From NCBI GenBank assembly GCA_963799845.1, contig CAWCYI010000006.1:1664001-1728000 (forward strand): 64,000 bases of DNA, given 5' to 3'. This DNA is from an uncultured Nitrososphaerota archaeon. GTDB lineage: Archaea > Thermoproteota > Nitrososphaeria > Nitrososphaerales > CADDZS01. The position numbers were made by a program, and so were the translations under genes. The notes under the pieces were generated by a model, which had not been told where the DNA came from, searched no databases, and saw only the letters and a program-made list of their open reading frames with translations. Positions 19,506 through 29,616 of this stretch are shown piece after piece (positions within the stretch are counted from its first letter, which is position 1; each line of letters opens with the position of its first letter).

Positions 19506-20568
19506 TGTAGTTTCCCAGAATCAGTATACCTTTGACTCTTCTTCCTACTTTTCCGCATGATATATTTCACCAGTTTTCTCGTCTGTTATGATTCCTTCGG
19601 GAGGCATCTTCCGGAGATAGGCTTTGTAGGGAGTCTCGATCACGTCAAGATTCAATGACATGTGGGGCCTCGTGAAGTTGTACCATTCCATGAGCTCATT
19701 CAAGCTATTCTCGAAGCTCGGAAGCTTATCTTTGACCGTCCGAAAGAACCTCTCGATCTTACCATTCGTTTGGGGATGCTGCACCCTTGCGAGGATCTGC
19801 CTGATCTCGAGGGAGATGAGACGCTTTTCAAATTCTGTCAGCCCCTTCTCCTTCTCCTCAGAATCGGTGGCATAAAATTGAGTACCTCTGTCTGTCAGGA
19901 TGCTTGCAGGCTTGCCGTGCTTGGAGATCGCCTTTTCCAAGACCTCCACCGAGCGAGCCGAAGTAGCTTCCGGAAAGAGACCGTATGCCATCACATATCT
20001 GGATGCGTCATCGAGATAGGCGGTGAACCATCCATGACCTTCAATTAAGGTCCAGTCGGTGTGCCATAAAGAGTTGGAGTGTTCTCTCTCGTATCGGATC
20101 CACTTTTTCCGGATCTGTTTTCGCGGCTCGTTCAAAGCAAGACCCAGACTCTTCATCACCTTGTGGATGCGGTTGTGCGGTATGTGTTTTTGGTACTCAG
20201 ACTTCAAGCACTTTCTCCAGAGTGAGTGCGTTGACCCTATATTCTGCGTAAGCTTCTTGGATGCACTTTTTCTCATCTTCGGAAGGTTCGATGGATTTTT
20301 TCCTTCCTGGCTTTTTGAGCTCAGGGAGCTTCTCAGAGTTATTGTCAATGCGATATCTCCTCCAGAGCTTCTTCACCCATATGGAAGAGACACCCACACT
20401 CCCCGCTATTTCCACTGTAGACAGGAGGTGCTTCTCTTTTTCGCGTATGATCCATGCGATCTTGACAGGATCGAGTTTCCCATAGATGTAGTACCTCCTG
20501 CCTCTGTTCCATATCCACCTCGCTCTTATCCTATTGACCAGAGGGTATACTAATTTCAGGAAAACAGA
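19506..20568. mobile_element. IS481-family insertion sequence, about 1063 bp, 25-bp imperfect TIRs, 15-bp target duplication
   Basis: Left end TGTAGTTTCCCAGAATCAGTATACC; right end (revcomp) TCTGTTTTCCTGAAATTAGTATACC; GTCTCAATGGAGCGA at 19491-19505 and 20569-20583. Confidence 0.88.
19545..20483 (-). CDS. IS481-family DDE (rve-type) transposase, several frameshifts
   Basis: LWHTDW, LDDASR, LTDRGTQF, HPQTNGKIERF, YNFTRPHMSL; N-terminal HTH in other frames from ATG near 20483. Confidence 0.85.
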
Positions 20569-20629
20569 GTCTCAATGGAGCGACTAAAACAATAATACCA
20601 CCATTTTTCTTGAACTCTCCAGATTTCCT

Positions 20630-21139
20630 TTGGCGGATGTTATCTTCATCGTTCTTCTGATCCTTCATATCGGCTTCATTGTTACGTGGCTTGGGGGAGC
20701 AGCGCTCTTCACGATGATCATAGCCCCCTCTCTGGCAAAGATCGCCCCGGCTTCCAGAGCAGATTTTGTAATTGCGACTTTCCCGCGATATATCAGATTC
20801 ATTGTGGCTACTGCAACCGGGTCGGTATTGTTCGGCGTGCTTCTCTTCGGCTACATCGCGAGATCCACATCTCTGGCTCCGAGCAGCTCCGGTCTGCCTT
20901 TAATCTATGCAGGCGCTGTTTTGGGACTCTTAGCTTACATCGTCCTCATAGGTATAGTCTATCCTTCAGCGACCAAACTTGTGAAGACCATGAAGCAGAT
21001 GCCGAGTTCGCCCGGCGGGGCAGGTCAGTCTGAGTCAAATATCTTGCAATTGCAAAAGAGGATGCGAATCGGAGCGTCGTCGGCAACCGGAATCCTCGCA
21101 CTTACTTTGATTCTAATGATAGTTGGGGCCAGCGTTTGA
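20630..21139 (+). CDS. 4-TM membrane protein (CopD/DUF4149-like)
   Basis: LHIGFIVTWLGG motif and four hydrophobic helices. Confidence 0.65.
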   Translation: MADVIFIVLLILHIGFIVTWLGGAALFTMIIAPSLAKIAPASRADFVIATFPRYIRFIVATATGSVLFGVLLFGYIARSTSLAPSSSGLPLIYAGAVLGLLAYIVLIGIVYPSATKLVKTMKQMPSSPGGAGQSESNILQLQKRMRIGASSATGILALTLILMIVGASV

Positions 21140-21155
21140 TCTAATACCCGAATGC

Positions 21156-21505
21156 TTACTTTCCCTTCTCGTTCCAACGCCTTACCCAATCGGCAAATTT
21201 CTCTAGCAGAACCTGCAGGTCCTCGCCTTTTGGGGTCAAAGAGGTACTCGACGCGGGGCGGGCTGTCCGGGAATACCTTCCTCTGGATAATCCCAATTTT
21301 TTCCAGTTCTGTCAGCCTTTCAGAAAGGCTAGTTGCGCTGATGCCCTCGATCCTCCTCTTTCAGCTCGTTGAACCGAGCGGGCTGCGCCAGGCCCAGAGC
21401 GTGAATTAGGGGAAGCGTCCATACCTTGGTGATTTCGTTCCACTGAGCGTGGATGACTTTACACTCGTCGATAACTTCTTGGTCAAGCTCCTGCAACTTG
21501 CTCAA
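21156..21505 (-). CDS. HxlR family winged-helix regulator, frameshift near 21355
   Basis: Manual translation: KVWTLPLIHAL...RFNELK / [42 protein letters not shown]; not in the ORF track. Confidence 0.8.
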
Positions 21506-21589
21506 GTGTTTCTAACCAACTTGCATCGTCATGACTACTAAGTATATAACTTTGACCAGACCTTGATCATGGTTTGTGATTGTTTCAGA

Positions 21590-21976
21590 ATGATGACGAA
21601 AGAGGAACGAAAGGCAGTTTCTTTCACCGATAAGGAAGTCGAGTTTATCGGCCAGAGCAAGCTTGCTCGAATTGCAACCTCATCCTCCAGAAATCAGCCG
21701 CACGTTGTACCAGTGGCTTTTGAGTTCGACGGAGAATGCTTTTACTTTGGTGGGTGGAACCTCGAAAAGAGTCTGAAGTTTCGAAATATCAAGGACAACA
21801 GCAGGGTTGCCTTGGTAATCGACGATCTCGTAACCGTCAAACCGTGGACGCCACGAGGAATCGTGATCAGGGGTAAGGCGGAAGTCGAGGAGAGCGAGAA
21901 AGGAATGTGGATCAAAGTGACTCCGCTCAGAAAAGTCAGCTGGGGTCTATTTACAGTTCATAATGGAGTGAAGTAG
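21590..21976 (+). CDS. PPOX-class (putative F420-dependent) oxidoreductase
   Basis: LARIATS...QPHVVPV...KFRNIKDNSRVALVIDD...PRGIVIRG. Confidence 0.85.
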   Translation: MMTKEERKAVSFTDKEVEFIGQSKLARIATSSSRNQPHVVPVAFEFDGECFYFGGWNLEKSLKFRNIKDNSRVALVIDDLVTVKPWTPRGIVIRGKAEVEESEKGMWIKVTPLRKVSWGLFTVHNGVK

Positions 21977-21977
21977 A

Positions 21978-22952
21978 ATGGTATCAGCATTTGAATTACA
22001 GGACCAGCTTGTCGCGTCGATTGACAAGTTGAACGAGAGCGTAGTCGCAATCGACAGCATGAGGTTGACGAGAAACACGAGGTACGGAGTCGTACCTCTG
22101 GAGGGCCAGGGTTCTGGCGTAATAATAGATTCGAACGGATACATCGTCACGAATAACCATGTCATTGAAGGTGCGTCGAGAGTTCAAATCCACCTGAGGG
22201 ACGGACGAAGTTTCGAAGGAGAGGTGGCAGGTGCTGATCCGGCGACGGACGTTGCGTTGATTAAGGCAAGAACCGATTCGAATCTTCCCGCCGCGACGCT
22301 CGGAGATTCCGACTCACTCAAGGTGGGTCAGTTCGCTCTTGCGATAGGCAACACCCTCGGACTTCCGGGTGGATCGACAGCTTCGCTTGGAGTCATCGGC
22401 GCCCTGGGACGACCGCTGCCGTGGGCAGAATTCATCTTCGAGGGATTAATTCAGACTGATGCGGCCATAAATCCCGGTAATTCGGGCGGGCCACTCGCAG
22501 ACATCAATGGGCATGTCATCGGGATAAACACCGCCATGATCCCGTTTGCTCAAGGAGTTGGGTTTGCAATTCCAATCAACGCCGTAAAGCGGGTAGTACA
22601 GCAGATTTTCGGAAAAGGCAGAGTGGTTAGACCTTGGCTTGGGATTTCGGGCATGAGCCTGACTCCCCAGATAGCTCGTAGGTACAATCTGCAGGCAGAC
22701 ACGGGAGTGCTCGTCGCGGGGCTGTCAAGAGAAGGTCCTGCAAATGAAGCAGGACTGCGGACGGGCGACGTGATCGTGAGGCTCGGCGAGACCGAAGTAA
22801 AGCAGATGAAGGATCTACTGCTCGCGCTATCAAAGTTTGAGGTCGGAACCATGATCAAACTGATCTACTTCAGGATGGGTTCGAGAAGGGAAACCACTCT
22901 CCGACTGACCGAAGTTCCGCTCCAGACGCAGAACTTTCCCGGAAGGAATTAG
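21978..22952 (+). CDS. htrA: HtrA/DegP-type serine protease with PDZ domain, no signal peptide seen
   Basis: GSGVII, TNNHV, DVALIK, QTDAAINPGNSGGPL, C-terminal PDZ. Confidence 0.92.
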   Translation: MVSAFELQDQLVASIDKLNESVVAIDSMRLTRNTRYGVVPLEGQGSGVIIDSNGYIVTNNHVIEGASRVQIHLRDGRSFEGEVAGADPATDVALIKARTDSNLPAATLGDSDSLKVGQFALAIGNTLGLPGGSTASLGVIGALGRPLPWAEFIFEGLIQTDAAINPGNSGGPLADINGHVIGINTAMIPFAQGVGFAIPINAVKRVVQQIFGKGRVVRPWLGISGMSLTPQIARRYNLQADTGVLVAGLSREGPANEAGLRTGDVIVRLGETEVKQMKDLLLALSKFEVGTMIKLIYFRMGSRRETTLRLTEVPLQTQNFPGRN

Positions 22953-23089
22953 GGCAGAACCCTAATTCCTAGACTGTGCCACTGGTATCAAAGACGGATA
23001 GATGACCGAAAGGATTTAGCAATATACCCGTATTTTCGAATTCGTTTATTGTTGCGAAAAGCGTAGAGTAGACTTCACTCCAGTTATGG

Positions 23090-23518
23090 CTATCGAAAAT
23101 CCCTGGGGTCGAGCCTTTTTACTCCGCTGTCGCTCAGCCTGTCGTACGACCTGTCAAAACTTGCTAGCGTCTCTTTCTCCACCTTTGCGACCGCTGCGTG
23201 GAGACTGTCGAAATAAGTGAGCTTGAACCTAGACTCTAGCGCACGTCCCTGCGAGTGGTACATGATCTTGTCTGCAAGTGGCCTTATTCTTTTGGCTTGA
23301 AACAAGTCCTGCATATCGCCCGAGAAACGCTCAAAGTTGGGAATCTCGAATTTCCTCGCTCTTTCAAGCAAACTGAGTTCCAACAATGAATAAGGTGATA
23401 GTAACAAATCCTTCTCTCTTTCTTCGTCGAGTATCTTGAGGGAGTACGGCCTGAGAGGATCGATAGGATTTATCGCGGCAAGCAGAACATCGGTTTCGAT
23501 TAGCAAGTGTATGCTCAC
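23090..23518 (-). CDS. vapC: VapC-type PIN domain toxin
   Basis: LIETDVLLA...SLLEL...TYFDSLHAAVA...ASFDRSYD. Confidence 0.82.
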   Translation of the reverse strand: MSIHLLIETDVLLAAINPIDPLRPYSLKILDEEREKDLLLSPYSLLELSLLERARKFEIPNFERFSGDMQDLFQAKRIRPLADKIMYHSQGRALESRFKLTYFDSLHAAVAKVEKETLASFDRSYDRLSDSGVKRLDPRDFR

Positions 23519-23554
23519 TCAGTCGACATGATCAATTGAGGAAACTTTTGAGTT

Positions 23555-23818
23555 TTAGACCTTCGACTGCACTTCTTTTAGCAGCTGCTTCCCAGCCGCT
23601 CTTCTGAGGCTAGGAAGCGACTTTTCGACACTCCTAAAATTGAATTTTACATCGCTTGCAACTCTATCATAGAGGTTTGAAATAGGTTCGATTGAAAACG
23701 AGCCATTTTCTTCAATCTTCACGGTAACTGACTTTTTTATCCCCAACCTCTCTCGTACTTCTCTCGGTATTTGCAGGCGTCCCTTTTCGTCCACCTTGAG
23801 AGTCCTTACCTCTGTCAT
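23555..23818 (-). CDS. vapB: AbrB/MazE-type antitoxin
   Basis: KVDEKGRLQIPREVRERLGI; ATG at 23818; lies upstream of the PIN gene. Confidence 0.82.
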   Translation of the reverse strand: MTEVRTLKVDEKGRLQIPREVRERLGIKKSVTVKIEENGSFSIEPISNLYDRVASDVKFNFRSVEKSLPSLRRAAGKQLLKEVQSKV

Positions 23819-23851
23819 CCCACTTTTCCTTAGTGAAGTGGGACTTATAAA
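23818..23851 (-). promoter_or_regulatory. vapBC promoter: TATA (TTTATAAG) plus operator palindrome TCCCACTT-N10-AAGTGGGA
   Basis: Perfect 8-bp inverted repeat (23818-23825 / 23836-23843) between the TATA box and the start codon. Confidence 0.65.
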
Positions 23852-23942
23852 CGATCGTTTAGGTATGCAGGTCTTTTGCACAGACCTGAAAAAATCCATA
23901 AGATAAGGTACCGGTAGTACAAGCTTTGCAGCTCAGATGAGC

Positions 23943-24911
23943 TCATGACGAAACTTTGGGAACGGTCGTCTTGCCGATTATTTCCTCGATGATGCTTTCG
24001 GGCTTTGTTCCTCTGAGCCAGTTATCCGCCGTGAGGATTAACCTGTGGTTCAGTGCAGAGATCGCGACTGCCTTGATATCGTCCGGAATGACATAATCCC
24101 TCTGATCCAGCCACGCGTTTGCCTTCGATAGCTTCAAGATTGCAAGCGAACCCCTCGGGCTCGAGCCGACTTCAACGGAGGGATGATCGCGAGTTTTCCC
24201 GACAATTTCAGCGATGTATTTTTCAACATCTCGTTCTATGTGGACTGACTCGACGAGAGACTGCATCTCCAGTAGCGCGTTTTTTTCGACGACTTTTTCC
24301 AATGAAAAATCATCGCTTCGCCTCGCTGATCTCCTCTCAAGTATGGAAGTCTCTTCTTCAATGGTAGGATATCCGATGGTAGTTTTCACTATAAACCGGT
24401 CGAGCTGAGCTTCGGGGAGCGGATAAGTCCCCTCGTATTCAATCGGGTTTTGGGTTGCAAACACGATGAAAGGGGCTCCCAGTTTCATCGTTTCATTTTC
24501 GATCGTGACCTGCCGCTCTTGCATAGCTTCAAGCAACGCTGATTGCGTCCGGGGAGGAGCCCTGTTGATCTCATCGGCCAGGAGAATGTTGCAAAAGATT
24601 GGCCCCTTGCGCAGCTCGAACGCCGAAGTTGCTCGATTGTAAACGTAGCTTCCGGTCACATCGGCCGGAAGAAGGTCGGAGGTAAACTGGATCCGCTTGA
24701 ACTCGCATCCTAGGCTCTGCGCGAAAGATCTTGCGGTGAGGGTTTTCGCCAACCCCGGCAGGTCTTCAAACAAGACATGGCCATTACACAGGATCGAAAG
24801 CAAGATCAGCCTCAACACTGCTTTTTTTCCGACGATAGCCGTCCCTACCACATCCAAGATCTTCAGCGCCGAGTTTTGCGCCCGCTCTGGTTCAGCCATA
24901 AAAATGGTCAC
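23943..24911 (-). CDS. moxR: MoxR family AAA+ ATPase
   Basis: EDLPGLAKT, RIQFTSDLLPADVTG, LADEINRAPPRTQSALLEAM, ATQNPIEYEGTYPLPEAQLDRF. Confidence 0.93.
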   Translation of the reverse strand: MTIFMAEPERAQNSALKILDVVGTAIVGKKAVLRLILLSILCNGHVLFEDLPGLAKTLTARSFAQSLGCEFKRIQFTSDLLPADVTGSYVYNRATSAFELRKGPIFCNILLADEINRAPPRTQSALLEAMQERQVTIENETMKLGAPFIVFATQNPIEYEGTYPLPEAQLDRFIVKTTIGYPTIEEETSILERRSARRSDDFSLEKVVEKNALLEMQSLVESVHIERDVEKYIAEIVGKTRDHPSVEVGSSPRGSLAILKLSKANAWLDQRDYVIPDDIKAVAISALNHRLILTADNWLRGTKPESIIEEIIGKTTVPKVSS

Positions 24912-24932
24912 GATGATAGTTTGGCTCGGAGT

Positions 24933-25506
24933 TCACTGGTCTCCGAGTTTCTGGACAATGCGCTCTAAACTTGTTAGATAAGCTTCTCTTTCCTGCCTCG
25001 ACATCCTTGTCTTGGACGCCCTTCTTCCAAAGGTTTGACTCCCATCAGAAGTAAACGGAATTACGACTCGCTCCAGGTCCGACTGAAAAAGCCTATCATT
25101 TGACATGTCCCGGTATTTCTTGGACGCGTTATCTTCCATGACATTCTTGATAACATGAGCTCATCTCCCGACGCGAGTGGTCGGAACCGCGTGATGCGTA
25201 CTTTACGTAGATGTTCATCGAATTAACTACATCATTTCCCTTTCCGCCGTCGGAGCCTCTTCGAGGATCTGCGGGAAACGAGTCTTCTTCGGGCCTTGAA
25301 TACATTATGAACACGGATATGGAGACTCCCTCGAGAAGGATGCAAACGTACAGGGAAATCACAAGTATGATTTGAGAATTCCTGAGCAAAGCAAGAATCA
25401 GAATTGCGACTAGGAGAACAATACTGACAATCCCCGCGGACCGCCTCGACCGACTTCGCGAGCTGCTCTTCCCTTCAAGTTGGAGGCCCGACCAACTACT
25501 TAGCAA
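24933..25506 (-). CDS. MoxR-associated membrane protein, frameshift near 25165
   Basis: Two N-terminal TM helices then a soluble part in the adjacent frame; operonic between DUF4129 and moxR. Confidence 0.55.
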
Positions 25507-25513
25507 AACGAAA

Positions 25514-26299
25514 TCACTCTGTCCCAGAATTTATCTCTCTTAACACGCTACTAAGATTCGACAGTGACTCGATCGCAAGATCTGCATCTTCTTTTGATAT
25601 TTCCTTGAGGCTGTATCGCGCTATCTCGAAGATTTCAGTAACTTGCGAAAGGTACGGGGTGTCGAGTTTCAAACTTGTGGACACGGTCTTCTCAAATTCC
25701 CTTGCCGTTAGCGGCCTTCCATCAATCGAGGACTTAGCTTCGAGCAGTTCGGATATCCGTCTATAACACTCTAGTACCGTCCTGCGATATTCATTTCCCC
25801 GTCTAAGTTCGGAAACGGCATCGTCCAAGGCGTTGGCGACTTCAATTCTTTGCGATTCAAGATCCTTGGCCCCGTCGAATCCCGTGACACTATTTTGTCG
25901 CCGAACGTTCCTCACAACGGCAAGGCCAACTATAAAGAAAACAATTACGATGATTGCAACAAGATATGCGCTTGGGACTGAAATACTTGGAAAGAAGTTC
26001 GGAAATTGCGGGCTGTTCTGAATCGCGGAGGCGTTCAATTCGATAGAAGTTATGGTATTGTTGATCGTGGCCGTGAAGTAGATACCACTGGGTGAACCCA
26101 AGTTCAGGAAATTGAAAAGCGGGGCGTTGGTCGCAACAACGTTCAGCGAGGAGTAAAAGGCAAATAGGACAGCGATGGGAAACGCTAGTATCGCCACTAT
26201 TATGGTAATTTTTGCTCTGCGATCTAGTCCGCTCATCCGTGAATTGTCATCCGCGCCGCTAGGCTTGGATCTCGTCCCATCACCTAAATTCAAAAGCAA
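25514..26299 (-). CDS. DUF4129 domain membrane protein
   Basis: Two TMs, then VLECYRRI...LTAREF...TEIFEIARYS. Confidence 0.8.
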   Translation of the reverse strand: MLLNLGDGTRSKPSGADDNSRMSGLDRRAKITIIVAILAFPIAVLFAFYSSLNVVATNAPLFNFLNLGSPSGIYFTATINNTITSIELNASAIQNSPQFPNFFPSISVPSAYLVAIIVIVFFIVGLAVVRNVRRQNSVTGFDGAKDLESQRIEVANALDDAVSELRRGNEYRRTVLECYRRISELLEAKSSIDGRPLTAREFEKTVSTSLKLDTPYLSQVTEIFEIARYSLKEISKEDADLAIESLSNLSSVLREINSGTE

Positions 26300-26349
26300 G
26301 TTAAATAATGACGGATGATGCCATAAGACTTTCCAGAGGAATTACCCTA

Positions 26350-26672
26350 CTAGACCGCGGAGCTCTGAAAATGAGCTTTCGTGAGTCTCAGCGACAGAAC
26401 AAGGTCGTCCTCATCGACCTCAACCAGTCCTCCGGAACCGATTTTGAGTTCCGCGACGATTGACCTGTTGATCGATTTCATACCGCTTCCAAACATGTCT
26501 TGCAAAGCTGAGACGAAGTCCTCCAGTCGTTTGGGTATTTCCTCTTTTGGGAGATTATTTGCGTGCTCTAATCTAAAGTAAACCACCTGGGCTACTCCTT
26601 GACCATACTATTAAGCCCGCTGTCTATGCAACGAAGAAGCAGTGAATTTGGATCGTCCTTCCCACGATCAGA
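26350..26672 (-). pseudogene. DUF3227-like protein, 5' end cut off by the ISH3-like element
   Basis: LLLRCIDSGL...VAQVVYFRLE...IPKRLEDFVSALQDMFGSG; removing the IS restores TTG TCC ACC CAC TCT GAT CGT. One further 1-nt indel near 26607. Confidence 0.6.
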
Positions 26673-27851
26673 CAGTAGATGCGAATGAATTCAAGCGTTT
26701 TCGGCCGTAATTATTATGGCCAGCGTGCCTTAGGGCTTCTTTCCGACATTCATTGAAGGTCAATTCAAGAAAGCTGCATGAATTCGTGAAGAAAAGTATC
26801 TCAGGATTGCTAACATACGACCTCAAGGAGAGAGCCATTTACTCAAAAGCCGATCACCTAAAACTGCTTATTTCTGCAAGCTTGGTGAATGGGTTTGCAG
26901 AAGGTGTTTCAAAGTCTCTAGACGAATCACCGACAGCAGAAACTCTTCTTTCGTACATCAAATCACAAAGAGAAGAGAGGCTCAAACGAATCTTCGATGA
27001 TTTGGTAGACATGAATGTAAAGAAGCTCCGAAAACGACGGAAATTACGACTTCCAGTCCCCGTAGCGGTGGATCTGCACGATGTCATGTATTACGGCGAT
27101 CATGAAGAAACACCGATGGTCATCGGAACCATGCACCGAGATGGAAGCAATTATGCGTTCAAGTATCTTACAGCTTCTGTTCTGGTAGATGGGGAAAGAC
27201 TGATCGTAGCTGTTACAGGGTTAGAATCAGCTGCGGAACTTGCTTCATCTGCCGAACAAATTGTGCGAAAACTGCGAGAAGAGCTGGAAATCAGAATTCG
27301 ATACTTGGTGTTTGACGGTGGATTCCTTAGCACAGGCTTCCTGAGATTTCTTGAGGAATCTGGACTCAAGTACATCGTCCGAATGGCTCCGACCTACAGC
27401 ACAAAGAAAATGAGGCTCTGGAATGGCAGGAGATTCACATACACGACTAGTGGACACAGGAGAAGAAAGTCCGAACAAACGTCATTTGATGTGGTCGTGG
27501 TCTACGACAAATCAAAGGATTACAAGTACCTGTTTGCAACCAATCTTCCCTACAAAGCTGAGACAGTATTGAGATTGTTCAAGAATCGTTGGGGCATAGA
27601 GACGAGCTACCGGATGTCAAATCAGTTCCTGGTAAAAACAACATCAAGGAACTATGTTGTAAGGTTATTTTACTATCTCTTTGCATGTCTTGTATACAAC
27701 GCGTGGGTCATGTACAATGCCGATCGAGAGATACTCCATCCGAATGACTATGTATCGATCAAAGTAATCCAAATGAAACTCTATCTCATCGGTCTAATAA
27801 TGAACGGGTCATTTGACATGAGAGGAAAGCATACTTGATTCGCATCTACTG
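26673..27851. mobile_element. ISH3-like insertion sequence (IS4-related), 1179 bp, 14-bp perfect TIR, 4-bp TSD CAGA
   Basis: CAGTAGATGCGAAT at 26673; ATTCGCATCTACTG ending 27851; CAGA at 26669-26672 and 27852-27855. Confidence 0.88.
26753..27838 (+). CDS. ISH3-family DDE transposase (intact ORF)
   Basis: AVDLHDVMYYG, FDGGF, RWGIETSYR, KTTSRNYVVRLFY. Confidence 0.88.
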   Translation: MKVNSRKLHEFVKKSISGLLTYDLKERAIYSKADHLKLLISASLVNGFAEGVSKSLDESPTAETLLSYIKSQREERLKRIFDDLVDMNVKKLRKRRKLRLPVPVAVDLHDVMYYGDHEETPMVIGTMHRDGSNYAFKYLTASVLVDGERLIVAVTGLESAAELASSAEQIVRKLREELEIRIRYLVFDGGFLSTGFLRFLEESGLKYIVRMAPTYSTKKMRLWNGRRFTYTTSGHRRRKSEQTSFDVVVVYDKSKDYKYLFATNLPYKAETVLRLFKNRWGIETSYRMSNQFLVKTTSRNYVVRLFYYLFACLVYNAWVMYNADREILHPNDYVSIKVIQMKLYLIGLIMNGSFDMRGKHT

Positions 27852-28418
27852 CAGAGTGGGTGGACAATCTAGTCATATCAGTCAACTACAACCCTGCACT
27901 TTCCAGAACGAATTTTTTTCAACGAAAACCAATTTTCCAATCCAAGACAAAAATTTGGGATGGGGAGGTTGAGCGCTGCCCTAATTTCAGAATTTCGGTT
28001 TCTTGTATTCTAGTGCGAAATTGGTCCGGGTCCGATCGTTTCCAGAAGGGGATGATGCCCAGCTGGTACATACCCGAAGTGAATGGCTGCGGCTATAGCG
28101 GATAATACCGAGAGTGCAACTAGTCCCAGTTTGATTTTGTCATCGATGGACATTGGTCTAGTGGATTAGATGTTTTAGAAAAATCTGTCGGTTTTGGCCT
28201 CAAAACTAATAATATTCAGTTATTCATACCAAATGGATTTAAAGAGTCTACGAGTGCGGTGTACGAAAATGGGAATATGACATAGATTTGCCTCGTAGGA
28301 GACCAGAAGATATTGAAAGCTGAGTCAGGAATCTAGGCGACAGGCTCCTAGGAGCAACCGCTCCGGGCAAAAGTAAATAGCACGAATGTTTTCTTAATTT
28401 ATTTGAGACGTTCAAGAG

Positions 28419-28898
28419 ATGGACAAACCACCAGAAGATCTAGTGAAAATACTCGGACCGAATGAACAGGTCGAACTCTACATCCAGCAGAAAATTTTTC
28501 ATCCGAGAATAAATATTGAATCCGTTGTCATTACAAACGAGCGCATCATTTTTCGCCACCCGCATGATCTGAATCTCAAAAAAGACTACACCGATTACAA
28601 TTTTCAGGACATTTCCAATGTGATTCTGGACAAGGGAATCCTTCGATCAACTTTGAAACTCACTTTGCGGTTCGGTGGAGACGCACTTGACTTAAAAGAT
28701 CTTCCAAATTCGGACGCTGAAAAAGCATACGGGATTATCAGGGAGAATTTGGTTCGTTACCAATCTCCCTTCACCGCAGGGGCTACTGGAATCCCTCCGA
28801 TGCAACAACAGCCCCAAAGGGCAATGGTCTGTCCGAAGTGCGGAGCTGCAGTGGCAGCTGGTCAACGTTTCTGCGGCAGCTGCGGTGCGGCAGTCTAG
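28419..28898 (+). CDS. Bacterial-type PH domain protein with C-terminal zinc ribbon
   Basis: VVITNERIIF...DISNVILDKGIL; CPKCG...FCGSCG. Confidence 0.75.
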   Translation: MDKPPEDLVKILGPNEQVELYIQQKIFHPRINIESVVITNERIIFRHPHDLNLKKDYTDYNFQDISNVILDKGILRSTLKLTLRFGGDALDLKDLPNSDAEKAYGIIRENLVRYQSPFTAGATGIPPMQQQPQRAMVCPKCGAAVAAGQRFCGSCGAAV

Positions 28899-28902
28899 CG
28901 TC

Positions 28903-29553
28903 ATGTATACACCACGCTGGTTCAAGGAAGACAGGTTACCTGTTATTCACGAAGCCATAGAGAGAATCGCATTTGGAACTCTTGTCACCAGCACACCCAA
29001 AGGATTGATCGCAAGCCACATTCCGATGTTCGTGGAAAAGTCGAAGGGAACCTACGGCACCCTCTACGGGCATATAGCCCGCGGAAATTCGCAGTGGAGA
29101 GATTCTTCTCCGGGGGTTGAATCCCTGGCGATGTTCGTGGGTCCCGACGCGTACATCACCCCAAATTGGTACCAGACCAGAATTGACACAGGAAAAGTGG
29201 TACCGACCTGGAACTATGTGGCGATCCATGTTTATGGGTGTCCTGTGTTTTTCGAAGACAAGGATCGTCTGCTGAAACTCGTGACGCATCTCACAAATGT
29301 CCATGAAGCTCCTTTCGACAACCCATGGAAAGTCAGCGACGCACCGCGAGACTACATCGAAGCAGAGTTGAAATCAATCGTAGGCTTTGAAATGCCGATC
29401 TCGCGAATAGAAGGCAAGTGGAAGATGAACCAGAATCGGTCAGATGCAGATCGCAAGGGGGTTATCAAGGGACTGGGCGAAATGCACGACGAGACAGCTG
29501 ATCTCGTCGCCGCGGAAATAAGAAAACGAGAAGAGGAGTACAGATCTCCGTAA
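28903..29553 (+). CDS. paiB: PaiB family FMN-binding protein
   Basis: MYTPRWF, ASHIP, GHIARGNSQW, GPDAYITPNWY, VPTWNY, GKWKMNQNR. Confidence 0.88.
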   Translation: MYTPRWFKEDRLPVIHEAIERIAFGTLVTSTPKGLIASHIPMFVEKSKGTYGTLYGHIARGNSQWRDSSPGVESLAMFVGPDAYITPNWYQTRIDTGKVVPTWNYVAIHVYGCPVFFEDKDRLLKLVTHLTNVHEAPFDNPWKVSDAPRDYIEAELKSIVGFEMPISRIEGKWKMNQNRSDADRKGVIKGLGEMHDETADLVAAEIRKREEEYRSP

Positions 29554-29616
29554 TGACTTATTCTAGAAGCGAGAGCTCGTTCTCCAAACTTTGGATTCTT
29601 CTATTTATCGAATTGA

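Noticed and set aside
27860-28400. 81-aa ORF and long intergenic stretch after the ISH3-like element
   Set aside because: No recognisable coding, RNA or repeat signal.
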